A stretch of 56,187 nucleotides of DNA from IMG/VR virus record IMGVR_UViG_3300036852_000099, positions 1-56,187 of that record; one strand, written 5' to 3'. The stretch comes from a virus. Taxonomy: Duplodnaviria; Caudoviricetes. The first letter of the stretch is position 1, and every line of letters starts with the position of its first letter. The notes under the pieces are model-generated. The model was not told where the DNA came from and made no database searches. It worked only from the letters and a program-made list of their open reading frames with translations. Both the position numbers and the translations under genes were made by a program. Positions 1 to 9,004 of the stretch are shown here, one piece after another.

Positions 1-431
1 GGTGTGTCGGCTAGCTGGCGACTGGCGTGGGCGGATAGGTGCGCTCGGAACTGGCGATCCGATGGCGCGTGGATCGGGTACAGGGTCGTTTTCAGGTTGT
101 CGTATACTCCCTCCTTGTCTAGTGCTGTGAATGTCAGTGATCGGGCGCTCTGGCGATTGGGTATCGTGACCCGTAGCAGGTGACGACTGGAGCGGGTGTG
201 TGCACCGTGCGCCTTGGTTCGTGTGATGGTCAGTAGCCCAGCACGGGTTAGGTCGAGTAGAACCTGCGTGTGGCTGACCAGAGGACTGATGCCGTACTGC
301 TCATGCAGGGTGTCACGGCTGATGCGCTGGGTTACCCATTCGTATATCTGTCCTCGATTGTCTAGGGTGGTGGATCGTTCGTGGGCAGGGATCTCCTGCA
401 TGGTCGTGGTGACTCGGTATACCTTACTCAT
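1..431 (-). CDS. Hypothetical protein, 5' part (continues across the circular junction into 56130-56187)
   Basis: ATG at 431 preceded by AGGAG. Frame is open to base 1 (MSKVYRVTTT...QLADT) and continues in frame from the right end (PEEVVDLLVQTGLITIEES*). Confidence 0.8.
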   Translation of the reverse strand, partial: MSKVYRVTTTMQEIPAHERSTTLDNRGQIYEWVTQRISRDTLHEQYGISPLVSHTQVLLDLTRAGLLTITRTKAHGAHTRSSRHLLRVTIPNRQSARSLTFTALDKEGVYDNLKTTLYPIHAPSDRQFRAHLSAHASRQLADT

Positions 432-451
432 CGCTGCTCCTGTGTTGTCGC

Positions 452-497
452 AAAGAAAAGCCCGACTTCCATTAAAACACGGAAGACGGGCTTCTGT
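452..497 (-). terminator. Intrinsic terminator after the DUF932-like gene
   Basis: Minus strand reads AAGCCCGTCTTCC-loop-GGAAGTCGGGCTT followed by TTCTTT. Confidence 0.7.
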
Positions 498-513
498 CAA
501 GTTCAAGAAGGGA

Positions 514-1611
514 CTAGTTGCTGCTGAACGTCCGAGCCACTACGTAGGCCTTGGTGATGGTGGAGGCACGGTCACCAACGATGACACCAACCGCAGCGCT
601 TTCGATCTGGCCTTTGCGTTTGGTCTCGAATTCAGCGACTGCATTGTACCAGCCGAATGCCGTACCCTTCGCAGCGCGGGTGTCCATCCCTGTCCCGTCG
701 CCCTGGTACAGGGCATCGATCACGGAACGGGTCAACTGCACCTTCGCCTTTTTCTGCTCATATAGCTCCTCGTGCCGTTCCATGCTGACACCAGTGTAGG
801 ATGTCCACTCCGGATCGGGTGCAGGCGGCATCGGGTAGACCTGTTCAGTGAGCAGGGCGGCATCGCTACGCTGCAGCTTCTTATTGGCCAGCAGCAGCAG
901 AGCCTCGCGGGTTACCTCGGCAACTGTGGTGTAGTAGTCGTGGGTCTGGCGTAGCCACTTCTCCAGTTCGTCCAGTGCACCAGGGGTGTGGACGATGGCG
1001 TACTTGGGGCGGTTCGTTTCCTGTTCCAGTACGATATTCATCGTGTTCTGGCAGACGATCCGAACGTTGGTGCATCCGGTGTGGGCGGCTTTGTTGCTAT
1101 ACATCGGGCTGTGCAGGTAGAGGTACTGCTGAACCTCGTCGCCTTTCACGTCGAACGACTCCACCTTACTGGTGATGAAGAGTGTCTCACCCAAGCCTAG
1201 TACGCCCATCGTATCAATCGGTGTCTTCAGTTCACCACCGACATTGCCCCATGCCCGATCCACAACCTCAGCGGCCATCATGGGAGTGATGAGTTCGTAG
1301 TCGTGCCGGACGGGTGACCCGAAGATTCTGATCTGGTCGTCCTCTGGAACTGGCATCCGAACGATGATGCTATAGTCGGTGGGCATGGCGGCATCAGCAC
1401 CGCCGATATCGCCTGCGTTCTTCATCAGGTCGGATGCCCAGATGGTCAGTGCCACCTTGCGAACGTCGTAGTTGCCGACCTCTCCCAGCGCGTCTACCGC
1501 GTTCTTCTGCCCCATAGCGATGTAGCGGTTCTCGATGTCCCACCATGCAGGTGAGTCACCACCGTTGAAGAACCTCGCACCCAGGGCTGACTGTAGGATA
1601 TTAGCTGACAT
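514..1611 (-). CDS. DUF932-family phage early protein
   Basis: Motifs 'MGVLGLGETLFIT', 'YLYLHSP' and 'TNVRIVCQNT...HT', plus C-terminal 'GTAFGWYNAVAEF'. It has its own promoter and terminator. Confidence 0.75.
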   Translation of the reverse strand: MSANILQSALGARFFNGGDSPAWWDIENRYIAMGQKNAVDALGEVGNYDVRKVALTIWASDLMKNAGDIGGADAAMPTDYSIIVRMPVPEDDQIRIFGSPVRHDYELITPMMAAEVVDRAWGNVGGELKTPIDTMGVLGLGETLFITSKVESFDVKGDEVQQYLYLHSPMYSNKAAHTGCTNVRIVCQNTMNIVLEQETNRPKYAIVHTPGALDELEKWLRQTHDYYTTVAEVTREALLLLANKKLQRSDAALLTEQVYPMPPAPDPEWTSYTGVSMERHEELYEQKKAKVQLTRSVIDALYQGDGTGMDTRAAKGTAFGWYNAVAEFETKRKGQIESAAVGVIVGDRASTITKAYVVARTFSSN

Positions 1612-1659
1612 TTTAAGCTCCTCTGCTCTGCAGCGGTTTGCTGCTCTACTAGTACCTCC

Positions 1660-1688
1660 ATTTTACCACAGCTTCGCAGCGGAGTCAA
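1660..1688 (-). promoter_or_regulatory. Sigma70-type extended -10 promoter
   Basis: TTGACT-17 bp (ending TGTGG)-TAAAAT upstream of 514..1611. Confidence 0.8.
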
Positions 1689-2038
1689 GACTGTAAACAT
1701 GTGCAAAAGCATCGGGCTGGGATAGTCCTGATCTATCGGACAGATAGCGCCTAATAAATCGACTGAATAGAACAGGCGTGTGTATCGGGCTGATCTATCG
1801 GCGGCTATTGGTTGGATACATCCACTGGATAGAGCGACGACCCTGATGTGTGTGTCAGGGTCGTCTATGAGGAGTAAAAATGCGTCTGAGTTCGGTGGGC
1901 AGTCGTGAGCTAGGGGATGGGACGGTAGGAGGGCATCGCCAGAAACCCTGACCGCTGAACGGTCTCGCCCAGCCCCTAAACCCAACAACTACCCCCATTA
2001 AAACACAAGCCGCGCTCCGACACAAGTATTCAAGGGGA

Positions 2039-2632
2039 CTAGTAGTCCCGTTCCCACCTCCTAACATACAGCGTGTCAGTAGCAGGGTGGTAGGCGCAGG
2101 CCAGATAGCCCTCGTGCTCATAGTTCTGGTAGAACGGGTCGAAGTTCGAACCAGGGAATCTCCATCCGAACTTCTCTAGGGTGATGGTCTCAGTCCGGAC
2201 ATTGCGGTAGGTGGCGACTGGCGATATCGACTTCTCCTGCCCACGACGCTCCCAATCCTCACGCAGGAACAGCCGACCCATCACACGCCAGAACATGAAG
2301 GTAGGTGACTTGAACGCGGCCTTCCACAGTGCGATCACCCACTGCTGCCTGTACTCAGGGTCATCCAACTGGTCGATCACGTAGCGGTTAGGGAACAGGT
2401 ACAGCTTCAGCTTCTGCCAGCCTAGGATGGGGATATACACGACATCACCCTCGTTCCAGTGGGCTGGAATCTGGATATCAGGGTAGATTTGGATGCGGTG
2501 CTCGTTGACAGGACGTATCTTGGTGCTGTGGTTGATCTGTGGCCACTTTTCAGTTAGCTTGCCGTAGACTAGGTGGGCTACCAGCGCGTCCTCACTGATT
2601 AGCTCCATGATGGCCTTGTTGTAGTGCGTCAT
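2039..2632 (-). CDS. Hypothetical protein
   Basis: Part of a tightly packed minus-strand operon. Start MTHYN at 2632 overlaps the upstream stop (ATGA). Confidence 0.65.
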   Translation of the reverse strand: MTHYNKAIMELISEDALVAHLVYGKLTEKWPQINHSTKIRPVNEHRIQIYPDIQIPAHWNEGDVVYIPILGWQKLKLYLFPNRYVIDQLDDPEYRQQWVIALWKAAFKSPTFMFWRVMGRLFLREDWERRGQEKSISPVATYRNVRTETITLEKFGWRFPGSNFDPFYQNYEHEGYLACAYHPATDTLYVRRWERDY

Positions 2633-3189
2633 GTGCGGACTCCCATCATGGTCATCAGCTGCACCCTGCACTCGTTGTTCATGTGGATACGGATGCTTTT
2701 GGTGTCGAAGTCTACCTTCTGGTTTATCAGGTCGTGGGCGATCACCTCAGTGGGTGACCCGTCCATCTTCCTGCGTTGCCACTCGGCTATTGGGATGGGC
2801 TTCCGCATGTATCCAGCTGCAAGGATATACGCGTGGTTCAGTGTTACCCAGGTGTGACCGTAGCAGTTCAGCACGGCTGTGAAAGCGTTAAGGAAAGGCT
2901 CGGACACACGCCAGGGGCGGACAGTCAGCCCTTGCTTTAGCTGTTCAACGACCATATCGCGACAGGCGAAGAACGCTAGCTCAACCACGCTGGCTGAGGT
3001 CGGTTCGCTAGGATCAGCTTCCTTAATGAACAGTGGCCCACGCCACACCGCTGGTGTCAGCCTGTGACCCACCCATCCGTGCTTACGTAGGTCGTCGTTG
3101 GTGAGCGGGTCACCCACTATCGGGTACAACGTCCGGAACTCGCCCATTTTGTCTGTCTGTTCAACCAGCATCACTTTGTACATCGGCAT
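2629..3189 (-). CDS. Hypothetical protein
   Basis: 186-aa ORF with an AGGAGG RBS. Confidence 0.7.
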   Translation of the reverse strand: MPMYKVMLVEQTDKMGEFRTLYPIVGDPLTNDDLRKHGWVGHRLTPAVWRGPLFIKEADPSEPTSASVVELAFFACRDMVVEQLKQGLTVRPWRVSEPFLNAFTAVLNCYGHTWVTLNHAYILAAGYMRKPIPIAEWQRRKMDGSPTEVIAHDLINQKVDFDTKSIRIHMNNECRVQLMTMMGVRT

Positions 3190-3499
3190 TTAACCTCCTA
3201 TCTATCAGTCTACACACCGACTTGGCTACTTTGACGGGGATCGACGTACTCGGCTGTATGTCCCTGGTGTAGATGGGCAGGGGTATACTCATTCTCAAGT
3301 CCACCCCTAGCATGCTAACTGCACCCAGCAGCATCACCGGATACTTCCAGTGATCGTTGAAGTCCGGATTGTAACGCTGCCAGATGTACCCTGGTTGCAT
3401 GGTGATCGCTACCAGTCCGAACCTGTCGTAGATCAGCAGTTCCAGGAGACTGAGGCTAATCCTACAGTCGTCTGGCAGGTGTTCCACGATGGCGGTCAT
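3161..3499 (-). CDS. Hypothetical protein
   Basis: Start MTAIVEHL at 3499 follows AAGGAGG. The upstream part of the tracked 285-aa ORF overlaps other genes. Confidence 0.55.
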   Translation of the reverse strand: MTAIVEHLPDDCRISLSLLELLIYDRFGLVAITMQPGYIWQRYNPDFNDHWKYPVMLLGAVSMLGVDLRMSIPLPIYTRDIQPSTSIPVKVAKSVCRLIDRRLNADVQSDAG

Positions 3500-3791
3500 C
3501 TTCCCTCCTTTTGAGTCTGGCCTCACTGACTTTGGTGGAAAAGCACACCTTACACTCACTGCGCAGACCGTAGCGGCCTGCAGGCTTACCCTTACGGGTT
3601 CGACGGTAGAAATAGCGAGGGACTGCGGGGTACTCCAGCCCACAGCCCTTGCACTCGATAGTACGGGCACGACAGGATAGGCATACACGCTGCAGGTGCA
3701 GGTGTGGTCGCTCTGACAACCACCCTGCACTACCAGTGAACATGGCCTCCTCGTACTCGTTACCACAGGCACTGCAACTAGACATTGGCAT
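3462..3791 (-). CDS. Cys-rich zinc-finger protein
   Basis: Four CxxC pairs, including 'CKGC...FYRR...GLRSECKVC', a Zn-ribbon often found with HNH domains. Confidence 0.6.
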   Translation of the reverse strand: MPMSSCSACGNEYEEAMFTGSAGWLSERPHLHLQRVCLSCRARTIECKGCGLEYPAVPRYFYRRTRKGKPAGRYGLRSECKVCFSTKVSEARLKRREDDRHRGTPARRL

Positions 3792-5175
3792 TGACTTCCT
3801 CTATAGCCCGAATGCAGGCTAACACGCAGGGTTCGATCACGTGGCGCTCGTTGAATGCCCCGTTCACATTCAAGCTGTCCGGCCAGCGCGATGCTATGAC
3901 GTGCCTCAGCGACTGCATGATGGGGTAGTTCTTCACTAACTCGCCTATGGTGTGGTGCAGCGTGGTGCGATCCGAGTGGCGTGTGCGTAGGGCATACGAC
4001 AGGATGGTGGATGACCACACCCGCGAGTCGTTGAATACGTCACTATCGTACTTCATCTTCAGGGCAGTGACCGCGTTATTCAGGCTGTCCAGCATGTAGG
4101 CCGTGATCGAGGATACCTGCTGCCAGACCACCCGACGCTGGGCTGAGTCGTCCAGGGTTCGCATGTCGATCTGGTCGGCTGTAATGCCCCATGCACCAGT
4201 ACACAGGCTGTGGACTAGCTGCGACAGTGACGACAGCTGCTCCCACGTGGCTGGGTTGTGCTTGTGCGGCATGGCCGATGACCCGACTACACCGGATTCG
4301 TCCCACCACTCGCCCTCACTGTACAGGAATCGGGCGGTGATGGCCAGTCGGTGAATAGCCGCTGCTACTCGGTCTATCAGTGCAAGTAAGGCGTACTCGT
4401 TGTGGCGCGGGGCAGTCTGGGTGGCGTGTTTGGCCAGTTCCATGACCGTTGGTGGTATACGCATGTGATCACACACGGATGCTAACACGTCGCGTTCGAA
4501 CAAGGTAGAGGATAGGTCTACCTCGCGACGGATGAAACGACGCTGGACGTGGCTCGTGCCAACTGCACCGCGCACCGACTTGGCCTGAACCTTGAACTTC
4601 TCCAGGTCGAGAAAGATGCCCTGGAACTCGACCATGTGACCCATCAGCCGGAAGCCCTGCGTGATAGGCTCGGCTACCTGCATGTGGGTGTAACCTCGGC
4701 ACGGGTAGTCCTTAGTTGCTGCCACCTGTCGTGCCATCATCCGCACAACCCGCCGGAGCAGGTGTCGAATCTCAGTGACAGTCTGGGCTATGCGAACCGA
4801 GTCGACCAGATCGACCACATCGCTGCTCGTCATATCCAGGTGTACAAGGTCGTGTGGCATCGAACCACCGTCCTTTTCAACTAGGCGGTGGACTGCCCCT
4901 TGTGCCAGTTGGCGCAGGGCTTCGACCTCGTGACCGACCTCGCGTTCGTGGGTACGGACTGCCCTTACTAGTGCGTCCAAGCCCAAGTCGAACCACTCAT
5001 CGTTGTACTCCAGCAAGGCTTCAGCGGTAGTGACGAATGACAGGTCGCTTATACCTGCATAGTGCTTGGACTGGCACAAGGCCACCATCGCCCAGACCTG
5101 CAGCATCAGGCTGTACCGTTGCCCGTCATCCCAGATGTTGTCCATGTCGTTGGTAGTGTAGCGGCTGGCGTTCAT
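3778..5175 (-). CDS. purB: Adenylosuccinate lyase (PurB-like, fumarase/ASL superfamily)
   Basis: N-terminal 'SRY', 'HLDMTSSD', 'GYTHMQVAEPIT', 'GAVGT', 'TQTAPR' and the signature 'GSSAMPHKHNP..E'. Probable start MNASRY at 5175 (465 aa). Confidence 0.9.
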   Translation of the reverse strand: MNASRYTTNDMDNIWDDGQRYSLMLQVWAMVALCQSKHYAGISDLSFVTTAEALLEYNDEWFDLGLDALVRAVRTHEREVGHEVEALRQLAQGAVHRLVEKDGGSMPHDLVHLDMTSSDVVDLVDSVRIAQTVTEIRHLLRRVVRMMARQVAATKDYPCRGYTHMQVAEPITQGFRLMGHMVEFQGIFLDLEKFKVQAKSVRGAVGTSHVQRRFIRREVDLSSTLFERDVLASVCDHMRIPPTVMELAKHATQTAPRHNEYALLALIDRVAAAIHRLAITARFLYSEGEWWDESGVVGSSAMPHKHNPATWEQLSSLSQLVHSLCTGAWGITADQIDMRTLDDSAQRRVVWQQVSSITAYMLDSLNNAVTALKMKYDSDVFNDSRVWSSTILSYALRTRHSDRTTLHHTIGELVKNYPIMQSLRHVIASRWPDSLNVNGAFNERHVIEPCVLACIRAIEEVNANV

Positions 5176-5465
5176 ACCCTCACCTTGAAGCGGGGTACGA
5201 CGCACACCAAATAGCTCTGGCGCGGCATGTAGGGTGGGGATTCGACTACAACGACAAGACCACCCTCCCCCAAATCGCCCACGATCCTGCCCTCTGTCCA
5301 TACGTCCTCCGTCTGGCCTACGGTCTGGCCTCCACCGTCGATAGTGAGTACGTGGCATGGTTCAGTACTCCTAGCCCATGCCTGCCGCGCTGCATCGAAG
5401 AGGTTCGCACCGCCTTCTTTGCGCATAAACTCAGGTCGGTTGTCCGTGTGGTTTCCGTTGTTCAT
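5172..5465 (-). CDS. Hypothetical protein
   Basis: 4-bp overlaps with both neighbours; RBS present. Confidence 0.6.
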   Translation of the reverse strand: MNNGNHTDNRPEFMRKEGGANLFDAARQAWARSTEPCHVLTIDGGGQTVGQTEDVWTEGRIVGDLGEGGLVVVVESPPYMPRQSYLVCVVPRFKVRV

Positions 5466-5725
5466 TGTGTATCTCCTCTGTAGTTAACTAGGGTTACCTG
5501 ATACTGCACCATGTCACCTGTCCTGGTGTCCAGAATCTCCTCGGACAGTCTAGCATCACCCTCACTGGTGATGATCGGGTCTGACCACTGAACCGCCTCA
5601 GTTTGTGGGTGGATCAAGCGGATCACCTTTTCGGCATCCTCGAACCGAACCAGGGCGATGCCTGTTCCAGGTTCTTCGTCCGTTCGTCGCATTTGATAGT
5701 ACCAGTTGCTGCTTTGGTGTGCCAT
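5462..5725 (-). CDS. Hypothetical protein
   Basis: TAATG coupling and a GGAGG RBS. Confidence 0.6.
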   Translation of the reverse strand: MAHQSSNWYYQMRRTDEEPGTGIALVRFEDAEKVIRLIHPQTEAVQWSDPIITSEGDARLSEEILDTRTGDMVQYQVTLVNYRGDTQ

Positions 5726-5985
5726 TAAACCTCCACCGTTCCTATGTCCAGAAAGTACACGTCCTCAATAGGACACAGCAGATGGTGACGACGATCCATA
5801 GCTAGAACAGTAGCGTACCATCTACCCAGACAGCCGTTCCAGTATGGGCTTAGGTAGTACCCGCGTTCCGTGTCACCAGTCTCTATGTCCACGCACAGCA
5901 CCCTGAACATGTACCGTTCACCATTCCAGGGAATCAGATCAGGCCTAGGTTGCCACTCCCGATGCTTAGTCTGTGAGGTTTCCAT
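5725..5985 (-). CDS. Hypothetical protein
   Basis: Operon packing. Confidence 0.55.
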   Translation of the reverse strand: METSQTKHREWQPRPDLIPWNGERYMFRVLCVDIETGDTERGYYLSPYWNGCLGRWYATVLAMDRRHHLLCPIEDVYFLDIGTVEV

Positions 5986-6238
5986 CTTTGTCCCACTTTA
6001 TCAACAGTCCGGTGGTCGTGTGACCGACACCAGACCCGTCCGGATTCACGAACTTGAACCTGCAGCGATGACCCTGAACCATCATCTCCTCCTCAGTACC
6101 CTCGATCAGGGGTATACGATGACCGCCGATGTTCAGGTGGTCGCGGGTCGGTGGTGTCCTGTTTGCCAGACCTATGATAAGGTCAGGCTTGAGGACTACC
6201 CTCTTGGGCGGCTGGTCGTTCTGATGGGAGTCGTCCAT
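5966..6238 (-). CDS. Hypothetical protein
   Basis: Operon packing. Confidence 0.55.
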   Translation of the reverse strand: MDDSHQNDQPPKRVVLKPDLIIGLANRTPPTRDHLNIGGHRIPLIEGTEEEMMVQGHRCRFKFVNPDGSGVGHTTTGLLIKWDKDGNLTD

Positions 6239-6407
6239 GTGAGTCCCTTAACTCTAGATCGTACTTCTTGAATAGCTGGCTAACACGCTGGAAGGATATC
6301 CCGTACTCCTTCGCTGTCTGGCGTAGGGTGTGGCCAGCCATGTAAAAGTCGTGCATCTGTACTGCCCGTGCACGGTGGCGACTACGCTGGGCTTCCTGTC
6401 GGGTCAT
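6183..6407 (-). CDS. Small helix-turn-helix DNA-binding protein
   Basis: HTH pattern 'AGHTLRQTAKEYGISFQRVSQL'. Confidence 0.65.
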   Translation of the reverse strand: MTRQEAQRSRHRARAVQMHDFYMAGHTLRQTAKEYGISFQRVSQLFKKYDLELRDSHGRLPSERPAAQEGSPQA

Positions 6408-6415
6408 ACGTGCCA

Positions 6416-7024
6416 CTATTCGTGCTCCAGTAGGCGCTTGGCCAGTTCCAGGGTGTGTCCGAATAGGTAGTCCCAAGCCACATCGACGTTGTAGGCGTAC
6501 TTGCCTGTGACCTCTGCAGCGGGTTTGCCCTGTGCCGACTGGATCACCGACCATGCCAAACTCACGTGGTTCAGGTCGAACTCACCATCGGGCTGGAGGG
6601 GCAGGTCACCATCCAATGCCCACGCGGTGTCAGACGTTCCATCGGGTGTGAACAGCCGACCTTCCTTTGTGGCTTGGTGGAAGGTGGCCTCAGTGCGGGT
6701 ATTGCCATCACCTGAGTTGTAGGGCTTCACACCCGCCTGCTCCAGGTAGTGATCGCCTAGTGCGCTGTAGGCATCACCTAGGTTAGCCCGTATCTCCTCC
6801 TCAGTAGGAACGTGGCCATGCAGCGCGTCTATTTCCGCCTGATGTGGATGGCGTGGGCGGGTGTCACCACGCAGGTGACGACTAAGGCGTGGGTCGTCCG
6901 GACGCAAGCGCTTGGTCTGGTGTTCAGGTTCATAGTCTGGCGTTGGTGTGTTCTCGGTGTTGCCCTCGTACACAGGCTCGGCGGGTTCAGTCGGCTGGTC
7001 GTCGTTCACTGGCATGTCGCTCAT
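6416..7024 (-). CDS. Hypothetical acidic protein
   Basis: 202-aa ORF with an AGGAGG RBS. Confidence 0.65.
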   Translation of the reverse strand: MSDMPVNDDQPTEPAEPVYEGNTENTPTPDYEPEHQTKRLRPDDPRLSRHLRGDTRPRHPHQAEIDALHGHVPTEEEIRANLGDAYSALGDHYLEQAGVKPYNSGDGNTRTEATFHQATKEGRLFTPDGTSDTAWALDGDLPLQPDGEFDLNHVSLAWSVIQSAQGKPAAEVTGKYAYNVDVAWDYLFGHTLELAKRLLEHE

Positions 7025-7641
7025 TTTGTGCCTCCTATGGCATCAACTAACTCGCCACCATTTTCGATTTTGTGGCCTTTCGACGCGGCCATTGCGATCA
7101 GGAAGTCCCGCGTTAGGTGGCGATGACAGAACTTCCCTGGTTTACAGTAGCACTGCAAGACTATTGGGTAGTCAACGGCGATGATGTCCCAGAACCTCTG
7201 CGGTGTAGCTAGGTAGCGCCTATTCAGCAGTTCGCTGTACAGGTCGCGAAAGCCCTCCTCGCTTACTCGTTCGTACTTGGCGTAACGCGGATCAGTGTCA
7301 CCCGACCAACGCTTATAACCAGCTATGAGCCACCAGTCTGGTGCAAGCCAGGGGTAGTAGGCCTCGTCACCGACTGCGGCATCGCTGTATGTGACCGAGT
7401 AGATGAGGTATGGCTTCAGCGGATCAGACCAGGGCGCTACAGCCTGCCCATACTGGCATGTGTAGATTCGTTCGGTGACCTTGGCGGGGATACGCGGTGG
7501 CTGTCCCACGTTTGCAGCGCCTTTGCGCGGCTTCTGCTGCTGGGCTGGTCGGCTGTCACGGATACGGCTTTTGTCCATGATCTCGACCTCTGGCAGTTCC
7601 AGCCTGTCACGCGATTTGACGAACTTGCTAAAGTCTACCAT
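7021..7641 (-). CDS. Hypothetical protein with a CxC-x5-CH motif (DUF4326-like C-terminus)
   Basis: 'VLQCYCKPGKFCHRHL'; GGAGG RBS before MVDFSK. Confidence 0.55.
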   Translation of the reverse strand: MVDFSKFVKSRDRLELPEVEIMDKSRIRDSRPAQQQKPRKGAANVGQPPRIPAKVTERIYTCQYGQAVAPWSDPLKPYLIYSVTYSDAAVGDEAYYPWLAPDWWLIAGYKRWSGDTDPRYAKYERVSEEGFRDLYSELLNRRYLATPQRFWDIIAVDYPIVLQCYCKPGKFCHRHLTRDFLIAMAASKGHKIENGGELVDAIGGTK

Positions 7642-7643
7642 AG

Positions 7644-7868
7644 CTAACCCCTCCACAGGTCACTAGGTGGTGGTTCAGTCGGCACGACTGGTATGCGACG
7701 AACCTCCTCGATCCATCGGTACATGGCCACACCCACGTCCAGCCAGATGGCCATGACCAGTGACTTGATAAGCAGATGCACACCCAGCATCTCTAGTAGC
7801 AGGATGCCAGCCATCAGGTACAGCGATAGCAGTGCGTAGCGTAGCAGGATGCTGACCAGGGTTCTCAT
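7644..7868 (-). CDS. Small membrane protein
   Basis: Two hydrophobic segments. Confidence 0.55.
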   Translation of the reverse strand: MRTLVSILLRYALLSLYLMAGILLLEMLGVHLLIKSLVMAIWLDVGVAMYRWIEEVRRIPVVPTEPPPSDLWRG

Positions 7869-8272
7869 AGCTGCACCATGACGATAACCGACCTATCCTT
7901 ATCTACGTCCACCCTGATGTACTGGTGCAGCACGTCCTCCGATACGAACATCGACTCCCTACGGTCTACGCTGCCATCGTTCCACAGCAGGACTGTCGTA
8001 CCACTGGCTAGATTGCCATCCATCACATCCGGAATCAGCCGGATCGACACTAGGCGTTTGGTCATGCGAGGCTGGCGCATTAGTGTCTGATAGCCTGTGA
8101 ACACAGCCAGTTGTGCACGGACGCGGATGTACTCAGTCACTAGGTGATCCATCTGGTCGACTAAATCGGGCGATCCTGGAAGCCTAGCCTCCCAGGGTAC
8201 ACGTTCATCCACCCGCCTCAGTTTGTCCAGTAGGAGGTTCAGGTTCTGCTCCGGTGTGTTCATTCGGTTCAC
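7865..8272 (-). CDS. Hypothetical protein
   Basis: Operon packing. Confidence 0.6.
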   Translation of the reverse strand: MNRMNTPEQNLNLLLDKLRRVDERVPWEARLPGSPDLVDQMDHLVTEYIRVRAQLAVFTGYQTLMRQPRMTKRLVSIRLIPDVMDGNLASGTTVLLWNDGSVDRRESMFVSEDVLHQYIRVDVDKDRSVIVMVQL

Positions 8273-8780
8273 GTTCTCTCATCTCCCTTTGTAGTCTGGC
8301 TAGGGCGAGGACTTCCTCACCGTAGCGCTTAACAAACTCGACCACACTCATGTACTGGATCTCGGTTTCAGGTGCGCTGTTCATGACACGAGTAGTTCGT
8401 CCAGTGATGCGCGACAGGTCGCACACGTCCCAATCAGCCACGCCTAGTCCCTTAGCTGCTTCGCGGGTGGGTTGCACCAATCTAGGGTGTATGACGCACA
8501 GCCAGTCCTTCTTGATGCCGCGCTGCTCCAGTGGGTCTTTGAGCATCTCGACTGCCTTCATCAGGGTGTCATAGTCCAGCGACGGGCTGATGTGGCTGGC
8601 ACTGTCAGCCGTGCTGTAGTTTGGTGAGTCCAAGCGATACGCCTGCAACACACCATCGCCATCCCTGACTGGGTACGGGTTGGCCGACTTAGGTAGTGAC
8701 ACACCACAGTTGGTGCAAGTGTAGTCACCGCTGGGCGTTGGGACTAGGAAGCCCGTGTGACAGAACTGGCAGATCGTCAT
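8205..8780 (-). CDS. Hypothetical protein with an N-terminal Zn-ribbon
   Basis: 'CQFC...CTNC'. Confidence 0.6.
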   Translation of the reverse strand: MTICQFCHTGFLVPTPSGDYTCTNCGVSLPKSANPYPVRDGDGVLQAYRLDSPNYSTADSASHISPSLDYDTLMKAVEMLKDPLEQRGIKKDWLCVIHPRLVQPTREAAKGLGVADWDVCDLSRITGRTTRVMNSAPETEIQYMSVVEFVKRYGEEVLALARLQREMREREPNEHTGAEPEPPTGQTEAGG

Positions 8781-9004
8781 CGGAGTTTGTTCCTCCCTGC
8801 TTGGGTGGCGTAGTAAGCATCCTCACGTTGGTAGCGGGTATGAGCCACATAGCCATACTGGAACAGCTGCTCCATGATCTCGACCACCTCTGGCGTACGC
8901 GCTGGGTAAGGCTCACCATAGTGATCCTGCAAGTTGATGCAGCGCTGCAGGTGGTCTTGCTGCAGGGGTGTCAGTTCGACTGGTTCACGCAGTTTGCCTG
9001 TCAT
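8777..9004 (-). CDS. Hypothetical protein (possible winged helix)
   Basis: ATGA overlaps; 'MEQLFQYGYV...YYATQAGR'. Confidence 0.55.
   Translation of the reverse strand: MTGKLREPVELTPLQQDHLQRCINLQDHYGEPYPARTPEVVEIMEQLFQYGYVAHTRYQREDAYYATQAGRNKLR

Noticed and set aside
5176-5358. N-terminal extension of the lyase given in the ORF track
   Set aside because: It overlaps the 5172..5465 gene. Family-like sequence and an RBS begin at 5175.
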